Positions 22,650 through 35,200 of a stretch of 64,000 nucleotides of DNA are shown piece by piece. Both the position numbers and the translations under genes were made by a program. Below the pieces are notes generated by a model. That model did no database searches. It saw only the letters and a list, made by a program, of their open reading frames with translations, and was not told where the DNA came from. This DNA comes from Felis catus (Eukaryota), in assembly GCF_018350175.1 (NCBI RefSeq), contig NC_058383.1, forward strand, positions 11,100,001 to 11,164,000, written 5' to 3'. Within the stretch, counting starts at the first letter, position 1. Each line of letters starts with the position of its first letter.

Positions 22650-25600
22650 GTGCGGGCCGCGCCTCCCTCTCTCGGTCGCGCCCTCCGGCCTCCGCCGCTG
22701 CTCCCCGAGGCCCTTTGCGAGAAGTTGGGAAGCCGGGTGGTCCGACGTCAGGGAGGAGGACCCTCGAGCGGGCTGCAGGCCCGGCAGGGGAAGGCGTTAG
22801 GGCGCTGCTCGCATTTATCGATTGGCCGAAACGTGCCCGTTTTGTGCCCGACTGGCGTCCTTCGCACGTCACCCCCGGAGACGGGGTTGTGATCAGTTAC
22901 AGTTTAATTTCGTTGTGGCTACAGAATATACCTTCTTTATTTTCAGCCCTCTTAAATGTATCGACACTTTGTTTCGTAGCCTAGCGTACGGTCTACCCTA
23001 GAGAATGTTCCACGTGTGCCTGAAAAGGGATGTGTGTTCGGCTGTTGGCGGAGTTGATGTCAGGTCAAGTTAGTCGGTAACTTCTCGGCTAAAATATTAT
23101 TTGCTCAGGCAGCTGCAGTGTTCGTCGTTAGCCGCTGATTGTTTTCAACAAATATCCCTGGGGGTAAAGGCTGTTCGCACCGAGTGATATCTGGGTCAGG
23201 TCAAATCAATGGAGCCTTGTGAATGGAGTCTTCCGGGGATCCACCAGACAGATGGATGGGAATGCTCCGGGAGTGGAGCTTTGAAGTTGCTTCAGTCCCT
23301 TTCTGACCCCTCCGGTGGCTGCAAGACCGCTGGCTTGCGCTGTAATTGTGAGCTGTTGGTTTTCAGAGCCACTGCAGAGCTGAGCAGAGGTGGATGGGAA
23401 TAGGTCAAGTTAAAATGCTGCAGAGCTTGCGGTTCTTAAGTAAGCTGCTTTTCTTGAGTAAACATTCCCTAGATTGCTTTAAGTCTTCGGGTAATTTTCA
23501 GAGTTCTGAAAAAATTGGTTCTGACGCTTGCCAGTTCTTTGTTGCCCTTCCATTTTCACTGATGTCGCTCAGTCCATATCCTTTTAATGTAATTACCGAG
23601 GTGGTTGGATCACATGTGCCATTTTGCTATGTCTTTCTTGTTTCTCTGTTCGTCCTTTGCTCCCTTCTTTTGTGTTAAATAGGTATTTTCTAGTGTACCT
23701 TTTAAATCCCTTTGTTGGGTGTTTTGCTGTACATTTGAGGAGGTCTTTCTTGAGGTTATAATATCTGTCTTAACTTATCATAGTCTCCTTTAGGTTAATA
23801 GTGACCTAATTCTGAAAAAACTAGAGCAACTTTGTTCGAGCAAAGCTCCATTTCTGCCTCTCCCCTTTATGTGGTTATTGTGATACACATTACATCTTCA
23901 TACATTTTAAGCCCAGTAATACAATTTTACCATTATTATTTTATGCAATTGTCTTTTAAATCATTTAAGAGACAGAAAGAGAAGAGATTTATTCATGCAG
24001 TGCTTTATAGTTACCCTTATAATTCCGCCAACGGGTGCTCTGTCATTTCATTTCAGCCTGAAGGCCCCCCTTCAGGACTTGTTAGGGCAGGTCTACTGAA
24101 TTCGCTCAGTCTGTGTTTGGGCCTTTCCTGCTATCAGAATTCATTCTTGGTGGACAGTTTTTATCTTTTCAGCACTTTGAGTATGTCATTCTGGTTTCTG
24201 GTCTCCCTTGTTTCTGATAAGAACTTAGCTGTTAAACTTACTGTTCCCTTGTCCTTGCTGAGTCCATTTTCTTTTGATGCCTTCAGGATTTTTCTCTTTG
24301 CCTGTCAACAGTTTAACTGTGATTTATTGAGTAGCTTTGATCTGCAGGTTTATGTTTTCACAAAATTTGTAAGTTTTCTGCCATCTTTTTTTTTTTTTTT
24401 TTCCTCCTCCTCCCCTTTCTCTCTTGCCCTCCTGGGACTCTAATTACATAGATGTTGGTACACTTGATGTTGTGTCCTAGGTCATAGGTCTCTGAGTCAC
24501 TGTTCTTTTTTCTTCTTTTTACGCCCTGTTCTTCGGAATGAATAATTTCACTTGATATTTCTTCAAGTGAACTGCTTCGTTCTTCTGCCATCTCACATCA
24601 GCTGCTGAGCCTGTTAGAGAATTCTTTCTCTTTGTTACTGTACTTTACAACCCTAGAAATTCCGTTTAACTTTTTAAAGTAGGCTCCGTATCCACCGTGG
24701 GGCTTGAACTCATGACACTGGGATCAAGAGTCAGATGCTGTACCCATTGAGTCAGCCAGGTGTCCCTCGCCCCCTCCCCCATTTAACTTGTTAATGTTTT
24801 TATTTTTACATTCAGATTCCATAGCTGTGAAGTCATTGTCATCATGTTTTCCTTTCGTTCTTTAAACACGGTTTTAAAATATTGTTTGAACAGTGGTTTA
24901 TTGAAGTCTTTGATAAATCCAGCATGTGTCCCCTTAGTGTTGGTTTCTGTCAGCTGCTTTTGTCCCTTCTGTATAGTTCACACTTTCTTGTTTCTTTGCA
25001 ATTCTTTTACTTTTTGGTTAAAACCTGGACTTCTGGGTGATACTTTATAATGACTTTGGATTCTGATATTTTTCCCTTGAGGTTTTTTTTTTGTTTGTTT
25101 GTTTTTGGTTTTTTAAGTAACTTGTATGTGCTTCATCTGTAGAATCCATCTCCCCTGCGGGGAACGGCCACTGATGTCTTTGTTCAGGTTTTTGATTTGT
25201 CTCCCTCCCCCTCCTTTTTTTAGCCTGGCTTCTTGAGTGTCACCCCCATCCGTGTACTTTTGCGGTCAGCCGATGACTTGGGCAGAGGTTGTGCTCAAAC
25301 GCTTTGGGCTTCTAAGGTTTCTACCTTCTACCTTGGATTCTGAGTATAGGTTTGGAGACCACGTTCAGCGATCAGGCTGTTCTCGTGTCCGCCTCAGCTT
25401 TACGTGGCCCTGGGTGCTCAGGTCTCCCATGGAGACTCTCGTGGAGTTTGCCTGTCAGCCGTGGATGTGTGGAGAGCCTTCTGTGACAGCTTCATTTCCA
25501 GGATCGTTCCATTACCCTTCTGGCTGGTCTTCCTCTCCCCTTGCCCCGGTCAGGATCGCAACCACAGACTGGCTGAGTTGTGCGTTTGTTCTCCTTGTTT

Positions 25601-28600
25601 GTTTCCCGCTGAGTTCACTGCCAGGCATGAGGTTTCACCTTACATCCTAAAGTAAGTCTTTCCTTCCTGGCCACAAAGGTGATCAACCCTGGCCTTTTCA
25701 AACTTGTGCGCTGAGCTGGAGTAGATGGTACAGCCCAAGACGGGAAATCTGCAGACTCCCGCCCTTGTTGCCTGAAGTTCTAGCAGTCTTTCACAAACAA
25801 ACATTTCCTCCTCTTTTTTTAATGTTTATTTATTTATTTTCAGAAAGAGAGAGCATGCACGCAGGCAGGGGAGGGGCAGAGAGAGAGAGAGGGAAGGAGA
25901 GAATCCCAAGCAGGCTCTACACTGTCAACCTGACACGGGGCTCGAACTCACAAACCGTAAGATCATGACCTGAGCTGAAATCAAGAGTTGGTTGGATGCT
26001 TAACCAGCTGAGCTACCCCAGCGCTTCACAAGTAAACATTTCTCAGTCTATTTGCCTTTGACTTCTCCATCCCTGAAATGGTTGAGGTTTTTTTGTTTGT
26101 TTGTTTGTTTTTGGTTGTTGTTGTTTCACAATTTTGTCCAATTCTGTACTTTTTTGGGGGGGGAGAGATTTGCTAACCTCTTCATACCGCCATAGTTGGA
26201 AGTCCCCCGAGGGCACGTTACCACAAAAATTATGTAATGTTGACTGTGTGTAGGTATCGTTCAAAGTCCTTTTGCCTGTTAGTAGATTTAATATTAAAGT
26301 AGGTACTTAGGAGATATTTGTTGGCTGTTGAATAAACAGATGATCACAAGCAAAGAGAATAGTTGTAGTGTGCCGGGTATCACCTTAGGATTTAGTCCTT
26401 TTCTGTGTCTCCTGCTTCCTCACTGGGTCATTTCTGTGGAGTTGGAGCCATTCCAGAAGGGTAGGGGCTCCAGAAGGCCAGAGAACTGAGGTTTTTTGAA
26501 CGTGGCTGCATGTGTGTAAGTTCCATACGGAAATTGTGGGAGAAAATATCACAAGGCAACAGGAGGGGAAAATCACATGTGGATGACAACAAAACAAGGC
26601 AAAAGCAAACCACATTTAAAAGAAATATTTTGGGGGCACCTGGCTTGCTCAGTCGGAGGAGCACACGACTGTTGATCGCAGGTTTGTGAGTTTGAGCCCT
26701 GTGTTGGGTACAGAGATGAAAAAAATGTTGGGGCGCCTGGGTGGCTCAGTCGGTTGAGCATCCGACTTCGGCTCAGGTCACGATCTCGGGATCCGTGAGT
26801 TCGAGCCCCGCATCGGGCTCTGTGCTGACAGCTCGGAGCCTGGAGCCTGCTTCCGATTCTGTGTCTCCCTCTCTCTCTGCCCCTCCCCTGCTCATGCTCT
26901 GTCTCTCTCTGTCTCAAAAATAAATTAAAACATTAAAAAAAAATCTTAAAAAAATAATAAATAAATTCACCGTAGCTGTGATACGAATTCTTCTTCAGGC
27001 CCTGGTTTGAGAATGTCACAGTGCCACGTAAGGGCTAAGAGCATGCTCTCTGGAAGCAATAGCCTGTAGTTAATCTCTAGGAACCTCAGTTTTCCCATCT
27101 GCAGAGTACTGTTATTACTACAACAATAATAATTACCAGGACATTGTAGAGCTCTAGGTGAAGTCACATACTATTTATCATAAGGCTTCAGCTTTATTAA
27201 CTCATTTAGTCCTTACAACAACCCAGTACGAGAGACGCTATCACTATTTCTGTTTTACAGAGAGGTGATCTGTCTCAGGTCACAGAGCTGGTAAGGGGTA
27301 GACCTGAGATTCAAACAAAGGCAGTTTTCACTTTACTACCATGTAAGACCGTGTCGTGGTGAATGGGGTTGATGACAATAACTCGTTCTCGGGTGTTTCC
27401 GAAGATTAAGTGAGATACTACATATCAACACAACAAATGTTCGGCAAATGTTAGTCGCTATACTTGGGGTACCTGGCTGGCTCAGTTGGTAGAATATGGG
27501 ACCCTTGATTTCAGGGATTGTAGTTCGAGCCCCATGTTGGGTGTAGAGATTAATTAAAAAGGAAATCTTAAAGGAAAATGTTAACTCGCTACGTTAATAG
27601 CACGTGTTCTTTGGGTAAAGAACCTTCATTTATTGCTGAGAAAACTCGATTATCACAAATCAGTGTTTCATGGAACTCTTTTTCAGATTTCATCTGCTGC
27701 CTGTGGCTACGGATTCACATTGCTGTCCTCTAAAACCAAGGATGTTACGAAAGTCTGGGGCATGGGACTCAACAAAGATTCCCAGCTTGGATTTCACAGG
27801 AGCCGCAAGGATACTAGTGAGTGTTCTCACCTTGGCTTCCCTGTGCCGTGATTGGTCTGAGAGAGCTCCCTTTTGTTTTCCAGAACATGATTACATAAGC
27901 CAGACTGGGACAACAGAAAAGATAGCGTCTTAAACGGATGTTATTTGAGACCATCTGGACTAGATTATCAGCCTCATTGGGAAGAACACTGAACCTTTAG
28001 GCTAAAGAGCATTTGCTGATAAGCAAGGATATTCCTCTTTTTGAGTCTAGTTTATAACTTATCCTTTATCATGGATACGTACGTACGTACAGGAAAAAAC
28101 AGTATATATGGGGTTTGGTCCTATCTGAGGTTTCAGGCATCCACTGGGGGTCTTGGAATGTATCTCACACGGTTAAGGGGGGGCCGGCTGTACCTTTACC
28201 GCCTGGATAAACCTTTTTGTTGTTTCCTTGTTCTCTTAGTCATGTGCCTTTGTTTTGCACAATTTGGATCACTGTATGTTTTCTGCCTTTTCCCACTTAG
28301 TTTTATATCGAGAGTCTTTTATAAGTCAGTCCTGAAGTCTCGGCTGTGAGATGCCACATTCCATTTGCTGTGCCCTTTACTGGGAGCACCTAGAGGCACG
28401 CACAGACATGGGCCGAGTCCTGTAAAGCATGCCATGTCCTGTGGCCAGCTTCAGTTTCCAACTCAATCCTGATTTGTTTTGAAGCAAATCCCAACATTGT
28501 TAATTTCATTAGTAAACATTTCAGTATGTATCTGAAAAATAAATAAATAAAAGACCCTTAAAAAACAGCAAGTGCAGGGGCGCCTGGGTGGCGCAGTCGG

Positions 28601-31600
28601 TTAAGCGTCCGACTTTAGCCAGGTCACGATCTCGCGGTCCGTGAGTTCGAGCCCCGCGTCGGGCTCTGGGCTGATGGCTCAGAGCCTGGAGCCTGTTTCC
28701 AATTCTGTGTCTCCCTCTCTCTCTGCCCCTCCCCCGTTCATGCTCTGTCTCTCTCTGTTCCAAAAAAAATAAATAAACGTTGAAAAAAAAATTAAAAAAA
28801 AAAAAAACAGCAAGTGCATAAAAATAATGAACAACACAATCCCTTCATATTATCAAATATCCAGTCAGTGTTCAAGCGGTCAGTTGTCTCATCAATGTCG
28901 GTAGATTTTTATTTCAGTTTTTAAACATTTGTTTGAATCAGTATCCAGATAAGGTCCCGGCATTGCAATCAGTTGATAAGACCAATGTACGCATGTATGT
29001 ACAGATTTATTTATTTAAGTAGACTCCACACCAGCGTGGGGCTGGAACTCAGGGGACACCAAGAGTCACAGGCTGTCCCGACTCAGCCAGCCAGGCGCCC
29101 CCCCGTTGATAAGACTTCTTTTAAGTCTATTTTAATCTTTTTTTCCTTGAAGCTTATTGGCCGAAGAAATGACTTTGGCAACGAAGTCATCCAGCTTTAT
29201 TTGTGAAACAAAGAAACGAGGGGCGCCTGGCTGGCTCAGTCGGTTGGGCAGAGACTATGTAAAAATAAAATCTTTAAAAAATAAAAACAAAAAGAAGAGA
29301 AATCACATTGGTTACCCTATAGAATTCTCCAGTCTGGAGTTTGCTGAATGTATCCCTGTGGTGCCATTTAACACGATCCTCTGTCCTCTGTATTTCCTGT
29401 CAATTGATGGCTGCATTTAGAGCTGGACCCACCCACTGACCCTCCAACCCTTCCCTCTTTCCTTCCTTCCTTCCTTCCCTCCCTCCCCTCTTTTTTAGAG
29501 CCAGATTCCTTTTAAATGTTAGGTAATTACTGCTTCCCAGGCCCTTCGGGCTCTATGCAGATAGTAATGGGGTATGTGAGTCACTCTTTAGTATTTGGAA
29601 GCACCACATATTTTCAGCTAATAAGGCTGCGTCTGCTGACAGCATTGCCCAGTTTCTTTTGATTTTGCCTCGAATGACATCATCTCATAGTGATAAAGCA
29701 GTTACTCCATGCTGATCGAAAGGTCTCTCTGAATATTCTATCAGTCACTGATGAATACAAATGAGCAAGTGTGCTCTTGTGACCGTAACAGTGCCATTGT
29801 TTCGGTAGAGTCTTTTTAAACACGGGGTCCATAGGAGAAACCACGGGAGTTGTTAGTGACAAGTTGAGAACTGGTACTCGCAGACCTTAACCTCAGTCAA
29901 CATTACAGATGTTAAAATGAGAAGCTCTTTGTTTAAAACCTGTAAGGGGAATTCCCCACGTAGGCCGTTCTGGCTTCTCCTGCAGGATTGTAAAGAACAT
30001 TAGGGTTCTTCTGTAGAGTGACTTCTAAAAAACGTTCTCCCTTACTTGCTTATTTAAAATTCACATTTTCCTAAAAAAAAAAAAAAAAAAGATGATAAAA
30101 TTAAATTAAATGAGAAATTCCTAATTAGTTAATTAATTAATTAACTAAAGCCCTACACCCAACATGGGGCTCGAACTCACAATCCCTGAGATCAAGTCGC
30201 ACGCACTACCGATTGAACCGGCCAGCTGCCCCTAAAAAATTTTTTTTTTGACTAGAGAGCGTATTCGTGTACCTTTAGAATCCCAACAGTGGGTAGAATG
30301 TATGGTGAAAAGGCTGCTCTCTGCCTCTGCCCTCCTAGCCACGCCACGCGGTTTTTCCCCGGGAAGACAACCTGTGTCCACAGCTTCCAGCGTCTCCTTC
30401 TAGAGGGATTTAGCGCATAGGCACGCGGATGCCTCTACGCGCTCTCTCCGCCTCCTTCTAGCGTAAGCAGCTTTAACGGAAGCGGTGTCGTCCAGTATAT
30501 GTTGCTGTTTTTTCCTTCCTGAGAAATGGTAGTGGGTATGACAGGAGCAAAGTGCTTTCCTTTCTTGGGGCGCAAGCGGTGCTCGCTGACGCGGGGAGGC
30601 TGATTAGACTCTGATTTTCAGCCGCCCGATGCGTCCTGGAGGGTGTCGTGGGTCCAGAAGTGGGGACTGGGCCTCTGGGCTTCGCTCTGCCCCTCGCCTG
30701 CGTGCCTTGAGTCGCCGCTCTGATCTCTGGCCGCGGGGCAGTGTGGTGTGGGGGGTGATGTCTAACGGCCGAAGCGCTGTGCCTCTCCGCCAGCGTGACG
30801 TGCTGTGACGCTGGCCGTCCTCGTTTCAGCCAGGGGATACGAGTATGTGCTGGAGCCCTCGCCTGTGCCGCTGCCTCTGGACAGACCCCAGGACACGCAG
30901 GTGCTGCAGGTCTCGTGCGGCAGAGCCCATTCCCTCATCCTCACAGACCGCGAAGGAGGTGAACCGGCCTGCTCCGGGTTCCCGGGGGAGTGGGGGAGCC
31001 GCGCGGTTGCCCTTGGGTGCACAGTGGCGCGTTTGCTTGAACCGCACCTCATCAGTGAGGCTGTTGGCCCTTCCCCGGCGAATCGGTAGGATGACTCAGG
31101 GTCACCACGTTGGGCAGACTCTGCTGGCTCTTTTGTGTTCTCTCCTCTCTGCGAGTCTTCGAGAACCTTAGGGATTTGGAAATGTGACCGCGCATACCGC
31201 AGTCCCCGAGCTGGGCTGTGTGGGCGTGTGTGCGCGTGCGTGTGTGGAGACGGCTCTTTCTCTTGTGCTGAGAGAAGCCCGTTGGGCTAATACTTGTTTC
31301 ATTTGGTGGGCTTCCGGAGTCCAGATAACACCGACTTTCTCCAGAAGACCGGTGGTGTCTACGGAAAGGCCAACTGGACTAGATTTTTCCAATTTCACTT
31401 TCTGGCTAAGCATGCTTTGCGGGAAAAGGCAACGGTGGCGTTCAGGAACTCTTTCAAGAGTAGCTTTGACGTGGAGGGCAACCTAGTGACAGGTACAGGG
31501 AGTGGGGGTGTTGGGGCCTTCCCCAGGATGGGCTGGCCTCAAAACGTGGAGTTCTCGAGAGGTGGGACGAGGGCCTGGAGGGGAAGGCAGAAGGAACAGT

Positions 31601-32166
31601 CACGGTGGCCCAGGCTGTGGGTGCGGGGCTAGACCCCCATACACCTGTGGGTGTGCCTGCCGGGCTGGGGTTGTCAGAGAAGGAGGTCAGGAGGCAGTGA
31701 GGATGAGCGGTTGGACTAAGACCGCTTCCGAGACCGCCTTGCAGTCCTGACGTGCAGGGATCCCGTGAACCCGCAGAATGGTTTTAATCGGTGGTGGTAT
31801 TCTTCAGTCTTCAGCATGGGAAACAATTCTTACGGGCAGTGTGGAAGAAACGTGGTCGAAGATGAAATTTACAGGTGAGTTCCCCAAAGGACTGCCCTTC
31901 CCCGAGTTGCGTTAAGCATTTAACGTTTCTCGTGTGGTTACTAAGTGATGGACCCATGGAGCAGAGAACTGCAGGCTTCCTGATGCCTGAGAGGGGCAGT
32001 GAGAAGTCACTGGAAAGCTGTGCCATTGTTCCGTTGTGGGTTGAGCTCCGTACATTAGCTTGGTGGAAGGGAGGGCGGACTAGCGTTGATTGTGGTGTGT
32101 AGAACTTATTTCCAGTTAGGTTTTTTTTTTAAGTTTATTTATTAAAATTTTTTTTCAATGTTTATT

Positions 32167-32213
<47 letters not shown>

Positions 32214-35200
32214 CAGTATGAGTGGGGGAGGGGCAGAGAGAGAGGGAGCCACAGAATCCGAAAGCAGTCTCCAGGCTCTGAGAGGTCAGCACAGAGCCCC
32301 ACGCGGGGCTCACACCCACGAACCATGAGATCATGACCTGAGCTGAAGTTGGATGCTCAACCAAGCCACCCAGGCGCCCCAGTTTATTTATTTATTTTGA
32401 GAGAGAGAGTGACAAGTAGGGAAGAAGGGTAGAGGGAGACAATCCCAAGTAGCCTCTACACTCCGCGCAGAGCCTGATGTGGGGCTTGAACTCACAAACT
32501 GTGAGATCATGACCTGAGCCAAAATCAAGAGCCGGATGCTCAACTGACTGAGCCTCCCAGGTGCCCCTCCAATTAGTTTTTTATTTTTACCAAATTAATT
32601 AATTAAAATTCCTCTCTGTTCCATTATTTATGTGTTTATATATATATACATAATATATATAATGTATATATAATATATAAAATATGTATGTAATATATAA
32701 AATATATAATATATAATATAAAATATATATATAACACATAAACTTTTTTAAATGTTGCTTATTTTTTAGAGAGCATGAGCAGAGTAGAGGCAGAGAGAGA
32801 CAGGGGAACCGAGGATTCAAAGTGGGCTCCCTGCTGACTGCAGCAAGCCCAATGTGGTCTCAGACCCACGAACTGTGAGATCATGACCTGAGCCGAAGTC
32901 GGACGCTCAACCAACTGAGCCACCCAGGAGCCCCTTGTTTGTTTTAGTCTTTAAAAGATTTCCCCTCTCCTTCCTCACATTATACTGTTGGGTCTAAATA
33001 GCAGTCTCATCTCTGACATCGTATTAAAATTGCCAAAGGGGGGACCCCTGGCTGGCTCAGTCAGTAGACTGTGTGACTCTTGATCGCAGGGTCGTGAGTT
33101 CCAGGCCCACATTGGGTGTGGAACCTACGTAAAATCACCGAAGGGATGTTGTTTTGTTTTGTTTTACTTTCATGCTTAGGCCTACCCCTGCCTTATATTT
33201 GACCTTGAGAATTTCCCTAATAGTTACTGTGTGCCTGTGGGGGGCTGCCATCAGGGGTGACAAGAGGGGGCAGGACCACACAGTGCTTGCCGTGACCATA
33301 TCTCTTGTTTCTCCCCAAATTGCTTCTGGCTGCAGCGAAAGTCACAGAGTCACTAGACTGCAGGACTTCGAAGGTCAGGTGGTTCAGGTAAGGGACACGT
33401 GCTGAGAGCCACTCAGCCAGCCCCCGGGGGTGCTTTTGCAGGGGTGAAAGCTGGGTGGGGTGACGGCAACTCGGTTAGGGCAGTTTTCTGAATTGGTGAA
33501 TTATTCTAGTAAAAAGTCTTGGCTGCCTCCTGTAGGTCAGGAGAGTGTTGATTTACACTAGGTTATGGGGGTACAGAGTGTAATAAGGTTTGGGGGTAAC
33601 CCTCTAGGGGGCAGAGACAAGCGAGGCTAGCTGTGTCACAGTGTCCCACAGCGCTGTGTGTGTGTCCCAGGCTGGCTGCATCTGGCCCACCGTTTTATTT
33701 CCATCCCTGGTGCAGTGCCTGGCACGTGGTAAGTACTTATGAAAAATCCTTAGATACATAAGCGGGTGCGTACACGAAGGGCTCTGAGCGCAGGAGGTCT
33801 GTTAAGTCTGCCAGGGGTGGAGTGGGAGGGAGAGCAGGTTTATCAGATAGACCGGGGCTGGGTGGTAGGAAAGGTTTCATGGCAGAAGGAGGTGCAGCCT
33901 GAAGGCTCGGAAGGGTAGATGGGGAGCTAGAGCCAAAGAGAAGGGGGGAAAGAAAGGCTTACGGAGAAGGGAGAGGTTCCCCAGGGGTGGGGCGGAGGGG
34001 AGGGTCTCCTCGGCACGTCCGGCACTTGGCTGTAGCAGGAGCAGTTTCGGGGAGCGGGACGCAAACGCCAGGCTGAGGCGGACTGGGGATGAGTAAGGTG
34101 CGGAGGCCCAGCGGGGCAGCCTGCCGGACCCGGCCGTGTCGCTCGCTGCTGTAGGGCACGTGGCGAGCTGTGGGTCCGTCCCCCGGGATCCTGCGCCTCC
34201 GTGGATTTCTTCTCGTCAGCCTCCTCTCTGTTTGTCCGGTAGGTCGTCTGTGGCCAGGACCATAGCCTGTTCCTAACAGATAAAGGAGAGGTGTACTCGT
34301 GTGGCTGGGGTGCCGACGGGCAAACAGGTGGGTGACCCACCCCCACCCCGGGGTGGCGCCCCGGGGGCTGTGGGCTGTGGGGCTCTCGTGGGCCAGAACC
34401 CCCCTTCCTTAGACTCTCCTGTCTCCTTCCCCTCACCCCCGGCTCCCACGGCGAACAACCCATGAAGGGTTGGGGACAGGGTTACGGCCGCTGCTCAACA
34501 AATAGCTGCACAAATGCCACCTAAAGGGAGCCCGGTTTTAACTGTTTTGAGGAGAATGTGATTAAGGGCGGGAGGCATTGACCCTGCTTATCTAATCCTT
34601 TTCTTGTTTTGGTATTTGTCTGAAGGGAGGGCCTTCACATTTAAGAGTTACTTCTTTTTTGTGTGTGCTTTGATTTTCAAATTTAAGACTTCGGTGTTGT
34701 GTAAGTCCTCCATCATCCTACCACTGCGTCAAATCACCTTTGTTCACTGTTTTGTGTTTTCTTCCAGTTATTGTTCACGCGTGTACATCTCTTACATCAT
34801 AATAATACCATAGGTGTGATTTTATGTGCTCGTCTTATTTAAATTTTTTTTTAATGTTTATTTATTTTTGAGAGAGAGAGAGAGAGAGACAGAGCGTGAG
34901 CAGGGGAGGGGCAGAGAGAGAGGGAGACACAGAATTGGAAGCAGGCTCCAAGCTCCGAGCTGTCAGCACAGAGCCCAGCGCGGGGCCCAAACCCACAGAC
35001 TGTGAGATTATGACCCGAGCTGAAGTCAGATGCCCAACCGACTGAGCCACCCTGGTGCCCTTTTTTATTTTTATTTTTTGAGAGAGAGAGAGAGAGCGTG
35101 CGCGCGCACTTGAGCACGAGTGGGGGAGGGGCAGAGGGAGAGAGAATCTTAAGCAGGTTCCATGCTGAGCCCCAATGTGGGACTCAATCCCATGACTCTG

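Larger units (their letters stand above)
21850..22900 (+). promoter_or_regulatory. RCC1L: RCC1L CpG-island promoter
   Basis: CpG-dense; several GC boxes 22136-22190; CCAAT 22198-22202; full CRE TGACGTCA 22256-22263; YY1 motif AAGATGGCGGC 22287-22297; no TATA box. Confidence 0.9.

Noticed and set aside
23832..24443. 203-aa hydrophobic + strand ORF in RCC1L intron 1
   Set aside because: Antisense reading of a T-rich L1 fragment; non-ATG start.
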